From an uncultured Bradymonadales bacterium (GTDB lineage: Bacteria; Myxococcota_A; Bradymonadia; Bradymonadales; Bradymonadaceae), in NCBI GenBank assembly GCA_964566695.1, contig CAZMJS010000008.1, forward strand, positions 1,166-65,165: 64,000 bases of DNA, read 5' to 3'. The notes below the pieces were generated by a model. The model saw only the letters and a list, made by a program, of their open reading frames with translations. It had not been told where the DNA came from and did no database searches. Both the position numbers and the translations under genes were made by a program. This document shows, piece by piece, positions 1 to 9,986 of this stretch (the stretch's first letter is position 1; the number at the start of each line of letters is the position of its first letter).

Positions 1-226
1 ACAGAGCGGCGGCTTCACTATCGCTAACTGAGCCGCCAGAAAATGGCTGAAACGCCTCTTCTTCCTGGACCGGCTCCTCTTCCTCTTCGGCGGACTCCCA
101 TCCACCCCACACCATGCTCACACCGCCCACAGCCAATAGCGCACAGGCGCCACCGACGATTAACCAGCGGGCCCTCGATGAATTGGTATTGCCCGCCTCG
201 TTCGTCTTCTCTGATTGTCCTGCCAT
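1..226 (-). CDS. hypothetical membrane-anchored protein, N-terminal part only (runs off window start)
   Basis: Not in the ORF track because it has no stop inside the window. Hand translation of the minus strand from ATG at 226 gives MAGQSEKTNEAGNTNSSRARWLIVGGACALLAVGGVSMVWGGWESAEEEEEPVQEEEAFQPF..., open to position 1. GGAGAG lies 5 nt upstream of the ATG. One hydrophobic TM-like segment. Confidence 0.4.
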   Translation of the reverse strand, partial: MAGQSEKTNEAGNTNSSRARWLIVGGACALLAVGGVSMVWGGWESAEEEEEPVQEEEAFQPFSGGSVSDSEAAAL

Positions 227-322
227 CTATGCTCTCCAGGGGATACTCTTATTGCATGACCACCGTATGCCATCCAACAGCTTAACGGGGGTGACTCTAT
301 TCCTAAAGGGAAGCTTTAAACG

Positions 323-362
323 ACCGTTCCCCGCTCACTGCCAAGAGTGAGCGGGGAACGGT
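323..362 (-). terminator. stem-loop downstream of dnaK (16-bp perfect stem)
   Basis: ACCGTTCCCCGCTCAC (323-338) pairs perfectly with GTGAGCGGGGAACGGT (347-362), 8-nt loop. It lies 27 nt after the dnaK stop. Only a short U-run (UUU) follows on the minus-strand RNA. Confidence 0.6.
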
Positions 363-388
363 TCTCCACGTCATTGGTCTCCGAGACC

Positions 389-2308
389 TCAGTTGGCCTC
401 TTCGAACTCCGCGTCGATGACATCATCGTCATCATCGTCGTCATCACCCGGGTTCACCGTCGCTCCCGGCTGCGGTCCGGCCTGTCCCGGTCCTGCAGAT
501 CCCGGTCCTCCGGCTTCGCCATACATTGCCTGCGCCGCTTCGTGCATCATCTGCTCCAACTCCGAAACGATGGATTCCATCGTTTCGTAGTCATAATCAT
601 CGACGGCGGTTTGCAGCGCATCGCGCTTCTCAGTCAGCACACCCTTTTGCTCTTCCGGGATATTGTCTCCGGCCTCTTCCAGGGTTTGATCCACGGTGTG
701 AACCATGGTCTCTGCTTTGTTGCGAAGCTCGGCCTGCTCGCGCTTCTTCTTGTCCTCCTCGCGATGCTTCTCGGCCTCTTTGACCAACTCTTCGACTTCC
801 GACTCGTCCAGCCCACCAGAGGACTCAATGCGGATTTTCTGTTCCTTGCCAGTGGCTTTGTCCTTGGCCGATACCTGAACGATGCCATTGGCATCGATGT
901 CGAAGGTCACTTCAATCTGAGGCACCCCACGCGGCGCCGGCGGAATTCCGTCCAGATTAAATTTCCCAAGGGTCCGGTTATCCGTCGCCATGGGTCGCTC
1001 ACCTTGCAGCACATGGACCGTCACCGATTGCTGGTTATCGGCCGCCGTGCTGAAGATTTCACTCTTCTTGGTGGGGATGGTCGTATTGCGCGGAATTAGC
1101 TCCGTCATCACCCCACCCTGGGTCTCAATACCCAGCGACAGCGGCGTCACGTCCAACAATAGCACATCGCCCACGTCGCCAGAGAGCACACCGGCCTGCA
1201 CGGCGGCACCCGAGGCCACCACTTCGTCGGGATTGACCCCTTTATTGGGCTCTTTGCCGAAGAATTCGGTCACTTTCTTCTGGACCAAAGGAATGCGCGT
1301 CGACCCACCGACCAGGATCACCTCGTCGATGCCGTCGGCCGACACACCCACATCGTCCAACGCCTTCTGACAGGGTCCCAACGTCTGCTCGATGATTGGC
1401 CCAATCATCGACTCCAGCTTCGCCCGGCTGAGCTTCTGGTTGAGGTGCTTGGGCCCACTGTCATCGGCCGTTAAAAACGGCAGGTTGATTTCCGTCTCCA
1501 GGACACTCGACAGATCGATTTTGGCTTTTTCCGCGGCTTCTTTCAGGCGCTGAAGCACCATCTTGTCGTCCGATACATCGATGCCCTGATCTTTTTTGAA
1601 TTCGTCGATCAGCCAGTCGATGATCACCTCGTCGACATCATCGCCACCCAGGTGCGTATCACCGTTGGTCGCTTTGACCTCCACGACGTTTTCGCCGACC
1701 TCCAGAATCGAGATATCGAAGGTACCGCCACCGAAATCGTAGACCGCCACCAACTCCTCTTCTTTGGAGTCCATGCCGTAGGCCAGTGCTGCTGCCGTGG
1801 GCTCGTTGACGATTCGCTTGACCTCCAGACCAGCGATCTTGCCGGCGTCTTTCGTCGCCTGGCGCTGCGAATCGTTAAAGTAGGCCGGGACGGTGATCAC
1901 TGCCTCCGTGACTTCTTCGCCCAGATAGCTTTCCGCCGCCTGCTTGAGTTTCATCAAAATCTTGGAGGACAACTCCGGCGGGCTGAGTTTTTCGTCACGG
2001 ATCTTGATGTGAGCGTCACCGTTATCGGCCTTCACCACTTCATACGGGACGCGCTTTTTCTCGTCGCCCAACTCACCAAAGGTCTGACCCATGAATCGCT
2101 TCACCGAAAAGACGGTATTTTCCGGGTTGGTGATCGCCTGGTTTTTCGCCACGCGACCCACCAGCGTGTCCCCGCCGTCATCGAACGCCACCACCGAAGG
2201 GGTGGTTCGCGCGCCCTCCTGGTTGGGGATCACTTTCGGCTCATTTCCTTCCATCACTGCCACCACCGAGTTGGTCGTGCCCAGATCGATTCCAATCATT
2301 TTACCCAT
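389..2308 (-). CDS. dnaK: molecular chaperone DnaK (Hsp70)
   Basis: 639 aa. Contains [18 protein letters not shown] and DFGGGTFD, colinear with Hsp70 along its full length, poly-Asp C-tail. AAGGAG RBS upstream of ATG 2308. Confidence 0.98.
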   Translation of the reverse strand: MGKMIGIDLGTTNSVVAVMEGNEPKVIPNQEGARTTPSVVAFDDGGDTLVGRVAKNQAITNPENTVFSVKRFMGQTFGELGDEKKRVPYEVVKADNGDAHIKIRDEKLSPPELSSKILMKLKQAAESYLGEEVTEAVITVPAYFNDSQRQATKDAGKIAGLEVKRIVNEPTAAALAYGMDSKEEELVAVYDFGGGTFDISILEVGENVVEVKATNGDTHLGGDDVDEVIIDWLIDEFKKDQGIDVSDDKMVLQRLKEAAEKAKIDLSSVLETEINLPFLTADDSGPKHLNQKLSRAKLESMIGPIIEQTLGPCQKALDDVGVSADGIDEVILVGGSTRIPLVQKKVTEFFGKEPNKGVNPDEVVASGAAVQAGVLSGDVGDVLLLDVTPLSLGIETQGGVMTELIPRNTTIPTKKSEIFSTAADNQQSVTVHVLQGERPMATDNRTLGKFNLDGIPPAPRGVPQIEVTFDIDANGIVQVSAKDKATGKEQKIRIESSGGLDESEVEELVKEAEKHREEDKKKREQAELRNKAETMVHTVDQTLEEAGDNIPEEQKGVLTEKRDALQTAVDDYDYETMESIVSELEQMMHEAAQAMYGEAGGPGSAGPGQAGPQPGATVNPGDDDDDDDDVIDAEFEEAN

Positions 2309-2445
2309 GGTACCCCTTCTCCTTACTTTAATTCGACTTCGTTAGAGGGATTCGCCCGTCGACGATTGAGGGCGAACCCACGACTTCCCAATCAGTTTCC
2401 AACCTAGCCACGGTTGGGCTCGAGGCAAGCAAAAAGTCCAGCCGC

Positions 2446-2688
2446 TCACTCGGCGGCCGCCTCGTCTCCCGAAGAACTCGAGGAACTCTCCGTTCCCACC
2501 TCGCCGCTGGTGCTATAATTGTCGTCAAACCATCCCCCCCCTTTGAGCTGGAAGGTCGACTGAGAGACGAGTTTATCCACGGCTTCCGCCTCGCAACTAG
2601 GACAGGTCTCCGGATCTGGATCCGAGTATCGTTGGATCTCCTCGAAGACGTGTCCGCACTCACCGCATCGGTATTCATAGATCGGCAT
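2446..2688 (-). CDS. FmdB-family zinc-ribbon protein (CxxC-CxxC)
   Basis: MPIYEYRCGECGHVFE...CPSCEA, two CxxC pairs followed by a Ser/Glu-rich tail. I prefer the ATG at 2688 (MPIYEY) over the ORF-track start at 2703. Confidence 0.8.
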   Translation of the reverse strand: MPIYEYRCGECGHVFEEIQRYSDPDPETCPSCEAEAVDKLVSQSTFQLKGGGWFDDNYSTSGEVGTESSSSSSGDEAAAE

Positions 2689-2877
2689 AACGCACACCTC
2701 CAACCGGGTCGCCCAGACACGGGTGACTCAGTTCCTTAACTGCTTTGGGTTTCAACTTCTATATCCACGGGGCATCTCAGGGGTTTGACTCGCCCTCCTG
2801 CCCCAAACGTCGGCAAGCCTATACGCTAAGGACCTGCCGTCAAGCCCCGCCTCTTCGCCAACCGATCTCTCGGCCCT

Positions 2878-4311
2878 TCACATTCCCAGTAGACCTCCCA
2901 ACCATAGCCACAGGGCATCGCTCACCTCCCGAATCGCTGGCGTCACCAACCGCATATAGTATAGCCCCACCCCGATAAAGATGGCTCCAAAGATTGCCTT
3001 CACCCCCTCCATCCACCCGCCGGCCCGGGGCAAGCGTTGCAGCAAAGACGAAAAGGTGCCTACCCCCAAAAAGAGGAGGCCCATCCCCATGGCAAATACC
3101 GTCAACAACATCCATCCAAGCAGGACGTCGCCTTGCTGCGCCACATAGACCAAGATCCCAGCCACCACGGGCCCGACGCAGGGCACTGCCAGCACCCCGG
3201 CACCGATACCCATCAAAAAGGCACCTCGATGTCCCTGCCCACCTAACTGGCCTGCTCGCTTCTGCAACCATGACGGCACCCGCAGATCGTAGATGCCCAG
3301 TAGTCCCAGCCCCAATACGACAAATAATGTGGCGATCACCGCCTGCAGCCACGTGTGTTGGAACACGCTGCCAAATACACCTCCCACCATCGATGCCACG
3401 ACGCCCATCAACGAGTAGGTGACCACGATACCGCCAACATAGGCCAAGCTAATGATGAAGCCCTCGCGCCTGGAGGACACCTTCTGGGCCCCCAAAATGC
3501 CAATGGTCACCGGGATCAACGGATAGATGCAAGGCGATAGACTGGCCAACACCCCGGCACCGAAGACGATCAGTACCAGAATCAACAACCCGCGCTCGCC
3601 CAGTGTGTCCTCCAGCCATCCGCCTGTGGCCCCACCTTCACCAGCCAGGGCTTGGTCCAACCGATGATGAAAATCATCGATGGACACCTTGCCCTCAAAG
3701 CTTGGGCCCCTCAAAAACTCCCCGTCCACCGTTTCAAAAGCCACTCTTGGTAACCCCGACACCTCAAAGCGCTCGATGGCCCACTCCGAGTCTTCGGTGC
3801 GCGCGTCATAGTCAATTTTAACGGGGATGAACTCACCCTCCAGGCGCTGGCGAACCTCGGGTTGACGAAACACCTCGCTATCCAACTCGTGGCACGCCAC
3901 GCACCAATCGGCCGTAAAGTCGACCATCAATGGTCGGTCGAACTCCTCGGCCAATGCCTGGCCTTCCTCGTAATTCTCAATCCACTCCACGGGCTCGGCC
4001 CCTGGCGCTGTCTCCGTCAGACCATACAGGCCGCCGAACACAGCCAGCGCCACGGCCAGCACGCCCAGCGCTCGACCTCCCTTGGCCACCCCCGTCATCT
4101 CATCCCAGCCCTTGCGAAGCCCCATGATCCCTAGCCCCAGCAGGCCAATAAGTGCCCACAGGGTCACCATCGGCCATCGGGCCACCGCCTCGGAGGCCGC
4201 GGGCTCGGCGGCTACTGCCCACAGGGGCATCATTGACCCCATCAGCACGACCGCTGTCCCCAATACCACTCGTTGATTCCGACTCACGTTGACTCCACAG
4301 TGCCTGCTCAA
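2878..4311 (-). CDS. thiol:disulfide interchange protein, thioredoxin-like domain followed by DsbD/CcdA-type membrane domain
   Basis: 477 aa. N-terminal hydrophobic segments, then a thioredoxin-like region with WCVACHELD. A multi-TM region follows with the SPCIYPLIP and VPCVGPV cysteine motifs typical of the DsbD beta/CcdA core. Confidence 0.8.
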   Translation of the reverse strand: MSRHCGVNVSRNQRVVLGTAVVLMGSMMPLWAVAAEPAASEAVARWPMVTLWALIGLLGLGIMGLRKGWDEMTGVAKGGRALGVLAVALAVFGGLYGLTETAPGAEPVEWIENYEEGQALAEEFDRPLMVDFTADWCVACHELDSEVFRQPEVRQRLEGEFIPVKIDYDARTEDSEWAIERFEVSGLPRVAFETVDGEFLRGPSFEGKVSIDDFHHRLDQALAGEGGATGGWLEDTLGERGLLILVLIVFGAGVLASLSPCIYPLIPVTIGILGAQKVSSRREGFIISLAYVGGIVVTYSLMGVVASMVGGVFGSVFQHTWLQAVIATLFVVLGLGLLGIYDLRVPSWLQKRAGQLGGQGHRGAFLMGIGAGVLAVPCVGPVVAGILVYVAQQGDVLLGWMLLTVFAMGMGLLFLGVGTFSSLLQRLPRAGGWMEGVKAIFGAIFIGVGLYYMRLVTPAIREVSDALWLWLGGLLGM

Positions 4312-4371
4312 ACATCGAAGGCTTGGCCGCCTCGCCGAGCGTGTGCACCGATTACCTTTGGGTCAACCGTA

Positions 4372-5352
4372 TTAATAGATCACCAGGTCGTCGGCGTCTG
4401 CTTCATCGTCGCTATCGCTGGAGGTCTCGGCCGCCGGCGCCTGCCTCGGCTCGGAGGCCGGCTCTTCGGAGCTCGACGCCTCTTCCTCGCGCTCGGCACG
4501 CTCGGCGGCTTCTTCCTCGGCTTCTTCCTCCTTCTCCGCTTGCTCCGTGGGCGTCAACGACACGTCCACGGGCCCCACCATGGACTCCGCCGCATCATGG
4601 GACCCCAATTCGCCCGGCTCCGTCAGCGCTCTTACCCGCTCACTGACCTGACCGCCCTGATCATCGAGGTCGACATCGCTCCCACCGAATTCGCGGCCCT
4701 CGGATCGCAGCCGTTGACTGAGCTCCCGGTCCGTAAACGCCATGGTAAATGTCCCAAAATAGTCGCGCCGATCCTCTACCGTCAGCTCATGCTCCCCATC
4801 TTGCCACCGCGCCTTGACCAGGGTCTCCCGACCATCGGATCGCCCGTATTCACTATCCGTCGGCTGGCCATAGTGCTGGCGAACCCGATTGATAAACGCC
4901 GAGAAGCCAATATTGGCAATGTGGTCCGGATCGTAGGCCACCATTAATTTATAAAACCCGTCGTCGATGAAAAAATAGAAGCGTTGGGCCACATCATCGC
5001 GAACCCTCAACACGGATTCATTATTATCCTTGGTGAATTCGCCGGTGATCACGCTTACTTCATAGCCCGTGCGCTGACCCTCCAGCTTCGTATAGCTATC
5101 CTCGATGCGACGCATGTCGTCCAGCACCCGCTGGCGAGCCCGCTGCATGCCTGCGTGGTCTCCCCGATTTCTACGGTCTTTCCGAATCTCATCGAGCTTC
5201 TGGCCCCGAAGCTTCTCCAGCACCGTCTCCTTGTCATCACCCCACTCGATATCTCCCAGGGCGGAATCCAGGGCCGACGCCGTGGACATCGTGACGAGGC
5301 CCACCACGGCCACCGTGATCATCGCTGTCAGCCATTTTCGCATCGGACGCAT
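4372..5352 (-). CDS. hypothetical secreted protein with acidic C-terminal tail
   Basis: 326 aa. Signal-peptide-like N-terminus MRPMRKWLTAMITVAVVGLVTMSTASA. No recognisable family. The last ~80 aa are Glu/Asp/Ser-rich. Confidence 0.6.
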   Translation of the reverse strand: MRPMRKWLTAMITVAVVGLVTMSTASALDSALGDIEWGDDKETVLEKLRGQKLDEIRKDRRNRGDHAGMQRARQRVLDDMRRIEDSYTKLEGQRTGYEVSVITGEFTKDNNESVLRVRDDVAQRFYFFIDDGFYKLMVAYDPDHIANIGFSAFINRVRQHYGQPTDSEYGRSDGRETLVKARWQDGEHELTVEDRRDYFGTFTMAFTDRELSQRLRSEGREFGGSDVDLDDQGGQVSERVRALTEPGELGSHDAAESMVGPVDVSLTPTEQAEKEEEAEEEAAERAEREEEASSSEEPASEPRQAPAAETSSDSDDEADADDLVIY

Positions 5353-5465
5353 CGCTATTTCTCCTCGTTGGCCCTACATGCCATCGTCGTTAGGCGTTCC
5401 ACGGTCACGCTAGCAGAGTCACCGCCACGCGACAATTCACCCCAAGACTCCAGCGTAGGTCTCAC

Positions 5466-5496
5466 AAAAAACCCCGCCGACGCAGCGCCGGCGGGG
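5466..5496 (-). terminator. Rho-independent terminator after pnp
   Basis: On the minus-strand RNA: CCCCGCCG, 9-nt loop, CGGCGGGG, then UUUUUU. A second small hairpin CTCCCTTCGGAAGGGAG lies at 5500-5516. Confidence 0.85.
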
Positions 5497-5532
5497 GACC
5501 TCCCTTCGGAAGGGAGCGCAGATCATCGACGA

Positions 5533-7641
5533 TCAGGCGTCATCCTGATCCTCGCCCTGCTCGGCCAGCGCTGCTCGCCGGCTAAGCTTGATCTTTCCGC
5601 TTCGCTTTTCGACGTTCAGCACCTTCACCAGTGCTTCATCGCCCTCTTTGAGCACGTCTTCCACCTTGTCGACGCGACCTTCCGTCAACTCCGAGATATG
5701 GCACAGACCATCCGTATTGGGAAGGATTTCGATGAACGCACCGAAGTCCACCACCGTCTTGACGGTGCCGCGGTAGATCTTGCCCTCTTCCGGTTGCTCC
5801 GTCAGGCCTTCGATGATCTCGATGGCCTGGTCGGCGCCCTCGGCATCGCTGGCAGCAATCAGCACGGTCCCGTCGTCTTCCACATTGACTGTGGTTCCCG
5901 TTGTCTCTTGAATCGAGCGGATGGTCTTTCCGCCGGACCCGATGATGGTTCCGATCTCCGAGGTGGGGATCTGAACCGTCACGATACGCGGCGCATTGGG
6001 CGACAGGTCTTTTCGCGGCTTGGACAGCGCCTCGTTCATGATATCGAGGATATGAAGCCGTCCCTCACGGGCCTGCTCCAGCGCTTCCGACATCAACTCC
6101 TTGGTGACCCCTTCGATCTTGGTATCCAACTGGAAGGCCGTGATGCCTTCGGTGGTGCCGCAGATCTTGAAGTCCATATCGCCCATATGGTCTTCGGCGC
6201 CCAAAATATCAGTGAGCACCGCGTAGTCCTCGCCTTCTTTGATCAGGCCCATGGCGATGCCCGTGGTCCCATGCTTGACGGGAACACCGGCATCCATCAG
6301 CGCCAGGCTTCCACCACAGACGCTGGCCATGGAGCTGGACCCATTGGACTCCAGAATATCGCTGACCACACGGATGGTGTAGGGGAACTCCGAGGTCTGA
6401 TCGGGCAGCCCCGGCTTCAGGGCGCGCTCAGCGAGCATCCCGTGGCCCTGCTCCCTGCGCGAGGTGCCGCGCAGCGGCTTGGCCTCACCCACCGAAAACG
6501 GCGGGAAATTATAGTGAAGCATAAAGCCCTTGGAGATATCTCCCTCGAGCGTATCCATGCGCCGGGCGTCGCGCTCTGTGCCCAGGGTCGTCGTCACCAG
6601 GGCCTGCGTCTCTCCTCGAGTAAACAAGGCCGATCCGTGGGCCTTGGGCACCAAGCCTACCTCACAGGTCACCTCGCGCACCTCGTCGGTCTTTCGACCA
6701 TCCATACGGATGCCTTCCTGGACCACCCGCTGTCGAAGCGCGCTCTTCTTGGCCTTATCAAAGGCCTCTTCGATGTCCGATCCGGCGTCCTCGAAATCGC
6801 CTTCCAGCGCTTCCATGACCTCATTTTTGAGGCTCCCGAGCGCTTCTTTGCGCTCGTCTCGGTCCTCGATCCGGATCACGGACTCCATCTTGTCCGCTGT
6901 CTCTTTGGTGACCGCATCAACCACGTCGGCGTCCAGCCCTTTCTTGACGTAGTCCATCGTGTCTTTGCCGATCTCTTCGGCCAGCTTCAACTGCAGGTCC
7001 AGCACGTCGCTGACCGACTCGCGGCCAAACTCCAGTGCTTCCACCATCTCCGCTTCCGGCACCTCTTTGGCCTTGCCCTCGACCATTACGATGGTGTCGT
7101 TTCGCACGGCCATCACCAGATCCAGGTCCGACTCCTCGCGCTGCTCGAAGGTCGGGTGAGCCACGAACTCACCGCCGACGCGGCCTACGCGCACTGCCGC
7201 CACCGGGCCATTCCACGGGATATCGCTGATCATGAGTGCCGTCGATGCACCCGTGACCGCCAGAATATCCGTGTCGTAGATCTTGTCGGCCGACAGCACC
7301 CAGGCGATCAGCTGGGTATTATTCATATAATCGTCGGGAAAGAGCGGCCGACACGGACGGTCGATGAGACGACTGGTCTTCGTCGCCTTCGGCCCGGGCT
7401 TGCCCTCGCGTTTGAAGTAGCCTCCCGGAATGGCACCGGCGGCCCAGAAATTTTCCACGTAATCGCACATCAACGGGAAAAACGGCAGATCCGGACGCAA
7501 CCCGCCCGACGTCGCCGTGCACAGCACCTGGCAGTCGCCATACTGCACCATCACCGAGCCATTGGCCTGTCGCGCCATCCGACCGCTCTCGATGATCAAT
7601 TCTTTGTCGCCAAATTTGGCACCTTCTTGGATAATCGCCAT
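5533..7641 (-). CDS. pnp: polyribonucleotide nucleotidyltransferase (PNPase)
   Basis: Two RNase PH domains, then KH ([10 protein letters not shown]) and S1 ([20 protein letters not shown]) domains. The start is set at ATG 7641 ([15 protein letters not shown]...), not the upstream ORF-track start at 7728. Confidence 0.97.
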   Translation of the reverse strand: MAIIQEGAKFGDKELIIESGRMARQANGSVMVQYGDCQVLCTATSGGLRPDLPFFPLMCDYVENFWAAGAIPGGYFKREGKPGPKATKTSRLIDRPCRPLFPDDYMNNTQLIAWVLSADKIYDTDILAVTGASTALMISDIPWNGPVAAVRVGRVGGEFVAHPTFEQREESDLDLVMAVRNDTIVMVEGKAKEVPEAEMVEALEFGRESVSDVLDLQLKLAEEIGKDTMDYVKKGLDADVVDAVTKETADKMESVIRIEDRDERKEALGSLKNEVMEALEGDFEDAGSDIEEAFDKAKKSALRQRVVQEGIRMDGRKTDEVREVTCEVGLVPKAHGSALFTRGETQALVTTTLGTERDARRMDTLEGDISKGFMLHYNFPPFSVGEAKPLRGTSRREQGHGMLAERALKPGLPDQTSEFPYTIRVVSDILESNGSSSMASVCGGSLALMDAGVPVKHGTTGIAMGLIKEGEDYAVLTDILGAEDHMGDMDFKICGTTEGITAFQLDTKIEGVTKELMSEALEQAREGRLHILDIMNEALSKPRKDLSPNAPRIVTVQIPTSEIGTIIGSGGKTIRSIQETTGTTVNVEDDGTVLIAASDAEGADQAIEIIEGLTEQPEEGKIYRGTVKTVVDFGAFIEILPNTDGLCHISELTEGRVDKVEDVLKEGDEALVKVLNVEKRSGKIKLSRRAALAEQGEDQDDA

Positions 7642-7740
7642 CTGTTTTGTCCTTTTGTTCGCAAATTCAGACCAATCGTCGATTGTCTCTTGCCGGCTGC
7701 ATCGATCGATGCGGTGGACGTGTAGCATGTAGTCGAGTCT

Positions 7741-7780
7741 CCCAACCCATGGCCTCCACTATCGGCCATCCTCGGTTGGG
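7741..7780 (-). promoter_or_regulatory. structured hairpin in the pnp 5' leader
   Basis: CCCAACC/GGTTGGG plus ATGGCC/GGCCAT stems with a 9-nt loop, about 100 nt upstream of the pnp ATG. A 14-nt perfect palindrome GCATCGATCGATGC lies at 7699-7712. Confidence 0.45.
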
Positions 7781-7830
7781 CCCTTCCACTACAGGCTACC
7801 TCCACTTCCACATCCTGCGGTGCCGCCTAC

Positions 7831-7876
7831 AAAAAGGGGCCGATGGTCGCTGATCTGAGCCTCGACCATCGACCCC
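7831..7876 (-). terminator. Rho-independent terminator/attenuator between rpsO and pnp
   Basis: 14-bp stem (GGGGUCGAUGGUCG / CGACCAUCGGCCCC, one U-G wobble only when read as minus-strand RNA), then UUUUUGU. It lies 15 nt after the rpsO stop. Confidence 0.85.
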
Positions 7877-7890
7877 ATCTTTGGTGCTTC

Positions 7891-8160
7891 TTATTTGCGC
7901 AGCCCCAACTCTTTGATGAGAACGCGATAGCGCTCCACATCTTTCTTCTTGAGGTAGCGAAGCAGGCTCCGCCGCTGGCCGACCAACTTGAGCAGGCCTC
8001 GCCGCGACTGGTGATCCTGTTTGTGATCCTTGAAGTGTCCCTGAAGGCCGTTGATGCGCTCCGTCAACAGAGCGACCTGGACCTCGGGGCTTCCCGTATC
8101 ACCTTCGGTGCGCTGAAATTTCTCAATGATTTCTGCTTTTCGATCCGGATGCAAAGCCAT
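7891..8160 (-). CDS. rpsO: 30S ribosomal protein S15
   Basis: 89 aa; [45 protein letters not shown]. Confidence 0.97.
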   Translation of the reverse strand: MALHPDRKAEIIEKFQRTEGDTGSPEVQVALLTERINGLQGHFKDHKQDHQSRRGLLKLVGQRRSLLRYLKKKDVERYRVLIKELGLRK

Positions 8161-8314
8161 GGGGTTTTCCTTTGTGTAAGAGTCTATCCAACCGGTGCTC
8201 CGGTACGTAAAAACCTCGGAAACTCACCCATGGAGAGTCGCTCCGAGGTCGCTATGGTGGCGGAACCTAGTGCCCAGCCCCTCCCAGCGTCAAGCCTCAT
8301 CTCGCCGCCCTTCA

Positions 8315-9517
8315 TCAGCCATCATGGCGCTCGTAGATGCGCGCGCCGAAGGTGCCACACTGACGCTGATCGCGCCAAAAGGTCCAATGCACATAGATCT
8401 TGCCATCTTCACTGATCATCGACTCCGGCGCATCGTCGACCCGCTGAAGGTTGCGCGTGATATTAAGGGCCTCGGCATCGAAGATCTCCACCCCCGACGG
8501 TTGAACCCTCCCCGTCTCCACCACCTCTCCCTTGGCGGGATCGATCACGATTTCGATCACCGTCTCCAGACTCGGATCGTTGATGTCGTGCCGGCTGGAA
8601 AACGCCCGCGATATCCGCGGTAAGAAGCTCTCCGCCCACTTGGGATGAATTTCGCGGTGCAGTCGGGCGATATAATTGGCATGGGGATCGGCGTAGGCGT
8701 TGACCGAGGTGTGGTTGCCCGGCTGGATGTGGGGCACAAAATTCTCCAGGCTCGCTCGCATGGCCTCCTCATTTTCGCGCCAGTTGGCCAATAACTGCCT
8801 TCCCTGCCGCGAGGGCTCGGCCCCTTCGGCGCCCTCCGAGGCCTCCATGACCGCCTGACGCCGCTCGGCATCGCTTCCAAATATGGCCTCCCGATCGGCC
8901 TCTGTCATCTCCTCTTTATCGACCTCTGCGGGCTCCATCATCTCCGACGGATCGCGAAACGCCATGCTCTCTTGCTCCTCCTTCTCCACGTCGGCGCTAT
9001 CCTCCTCGACGTCTTCTACCACCTCCTCGTCATCATCTTGCTCTGGCGCCTCCATCGCCAGTTCCCGCTCCGTATCTCGCTCTTGCTCCTCGCTCTCCGT
9101 CTCCTCCGGGATTTCCACCTCCTCCAGCGTTGTCTCCTCGGCGACCATTTCTTCCTCTGCGCGATGATGGTCCTCGGAGATATGATCTGCCTCCTCAGGC
9201 ATCTCCCCGTCCACTTCCTGTTCCACGGCGTAGCGCTCCCGCTCCTCTATGTCCCGCGGCTCCTCTTCGTGTTCCTCTTCGTCGTCGTCCTTCGGCTCCT
9301 CCATCTGCTCCAACGGAGCGTCGGACTCCTCCCACGGCTCCTCCTCATCGAGGACGACCTCCATCGATGGCTCTTCCTCCTCTTCCGGTTCCGTCTCCCC
9401 GGTATCGCCGTCGACAAGCCACCACCCCAAGAGCATCGCCACCACCACGTGCAGAGCTAGAGACAGGAGAAACCCTACCCCCAGTTCCTCGCCCTTGATG
9501 CCATCGCCTTGCTTCAT
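8315..9517 (-). CDS. TonB C-terminal-domain-like membrane protein with long poly-acidic linker
   Basis: One TM helix (LGVGFLLSLALHVVVAMLLGWWLV), roughly 200 aa of Glu/Asp-rich linker, then a C-terminal domain that looks TonB_C-like (...GEVVETGRVQPSGVEIFDAEALNITRN...). Start chosen at ATG 9517 (MKQGDG), just before the TM helix; the ORF-track start is 9694. Confidence 0.6.
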   Translation of the reverse strand: MKQGDGIKGEELGVGFLLSLALHVVVAMLLGWWLVDGDTGETEPEEEEEPSMEVVLDEEEPWEESDAPLEQMEEPKDDDEEEHEEEPRDIEERERYAVEQEVDGEMPEEADHISEDHHRAEEEMVAEETTLEEVEIPEETESEEQERDTERELAMEAPEQDDDEEVVEDVEEDSADVEKEEQESMAFRDPSEMMEPAEVDKEEMTEADREAIFGSDAERRQAVMEASEGAEGAEPSRQGRQLLANWRENEEAMRASLENFVPHIQPGNHTSVNAYADPHANYIARLHREIHPKWAESFLPRISRAFSSRHDINDPSLETVIEIVIDPAKGEVVETGRVQPSGVEIFDAEALNITRNLQRVDDAPESMISEDGKIYVHWTFWRDQRQCGTFGARIYERHDG

Positions 9518-9620
9518 CTTGTCATGATCCGAGCCCAACGGTACAACGCCCTTGAAGCGGCCCTGAGTTTGGCGTCCATCGCCAACTATGACCACTCCTC
9601 GAAACGAAGAGTAGTTCTCT

Positions 9621-9986
9621 GTGACACAACAAGCGCCAACATCCCAATCCTTCCCGACCCCATCCCTGGACAATCTCCCACGGTGGCTTGTCATCGCCTT
9701 GCTTATCCTCGCCGTCGGCTGCAGCCCTCAGATCGGCGATCCCTGCGACGATGATGGCGATTGTCCCAACGAGGCGGCCTGCGACCGCTCCACCCGCGAC
9801 GGCATCTGCACCATCGAGGATTGCCAACCCGGCGATTGCCCCTCCGAAGCCGTATGCGCCCGCTTTGACCGTCATGAATCGTATTGCCTGCGCAGTTGCA
9901 CCAGTAACGACGATTGCCGAGACGACCACCGCTGCATCGATGATGATGAATTGGATATCAGTTATTGCTTCGTCTCCGAGGACTGA
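9621..9986 (+). CDS. cysteine-rich lipoprotein
   Basis: GTG start. Signal peptide with lipobox LILAVGC, then 12 Cys in D/C-rich spacing (CDDDGDC...CQPGDC...CTSNDDC). Its 3' end overlaps the trmJ 3' end by 25 nt. Confidence 0.55.
   Translation: MTQQAPTSQSFPTPSLDNLPRWLVIALLILAVGCSPQIGDPCDDDGDCPNEAACDRSTRDGICTIEDCQPGDCPSEAVCARFDRHESYCLRSCTSNDDCRDDHRCIDDDELDISYCFVSED

Noticed and set aside
43-350. Plus-strand 78-80-aa ORFs at the window start
   Set aside because: They are Pro/Arg/His-rich, have no RBS, and run into the dnaK terminator. The minus-strand partial ORF with a GGAGAG RBS explains the region better.
2347-2418. Possible heat-shock regulatory element (CIRCE or sigma32 promoter) upstream of dnaK
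   Set aside because: There is no TTAGCACTC-N9-GAGTGCTAA inverted repeat and no convincing CTTGAA/CCCCAT pair. Only two short imperfect hairpins are present, more likely the 3' structures of the zinc-ribbon gene transcript.
4984-7725. 913-aa plus-strand ORF
   Set aside because: It is entirely antisense to the unambiguous pnp gene. The sequence is low-complexity and Arg/His/Leu/Gly-rich with no recognisable motifs, a typical long shadow ORF of high-GC DNA.
8880-9420. Apparent short tandem repetition (ctcctc/ttcctc/gtcgtc runs), also seen in 34400-36300
   Set aside because: This is codon-level repetition from poly-Glu/Asp coding sequence on the minus strand. There are no spacer-repeat units, so it is not a CRISPR array or a structured DNA repeat.
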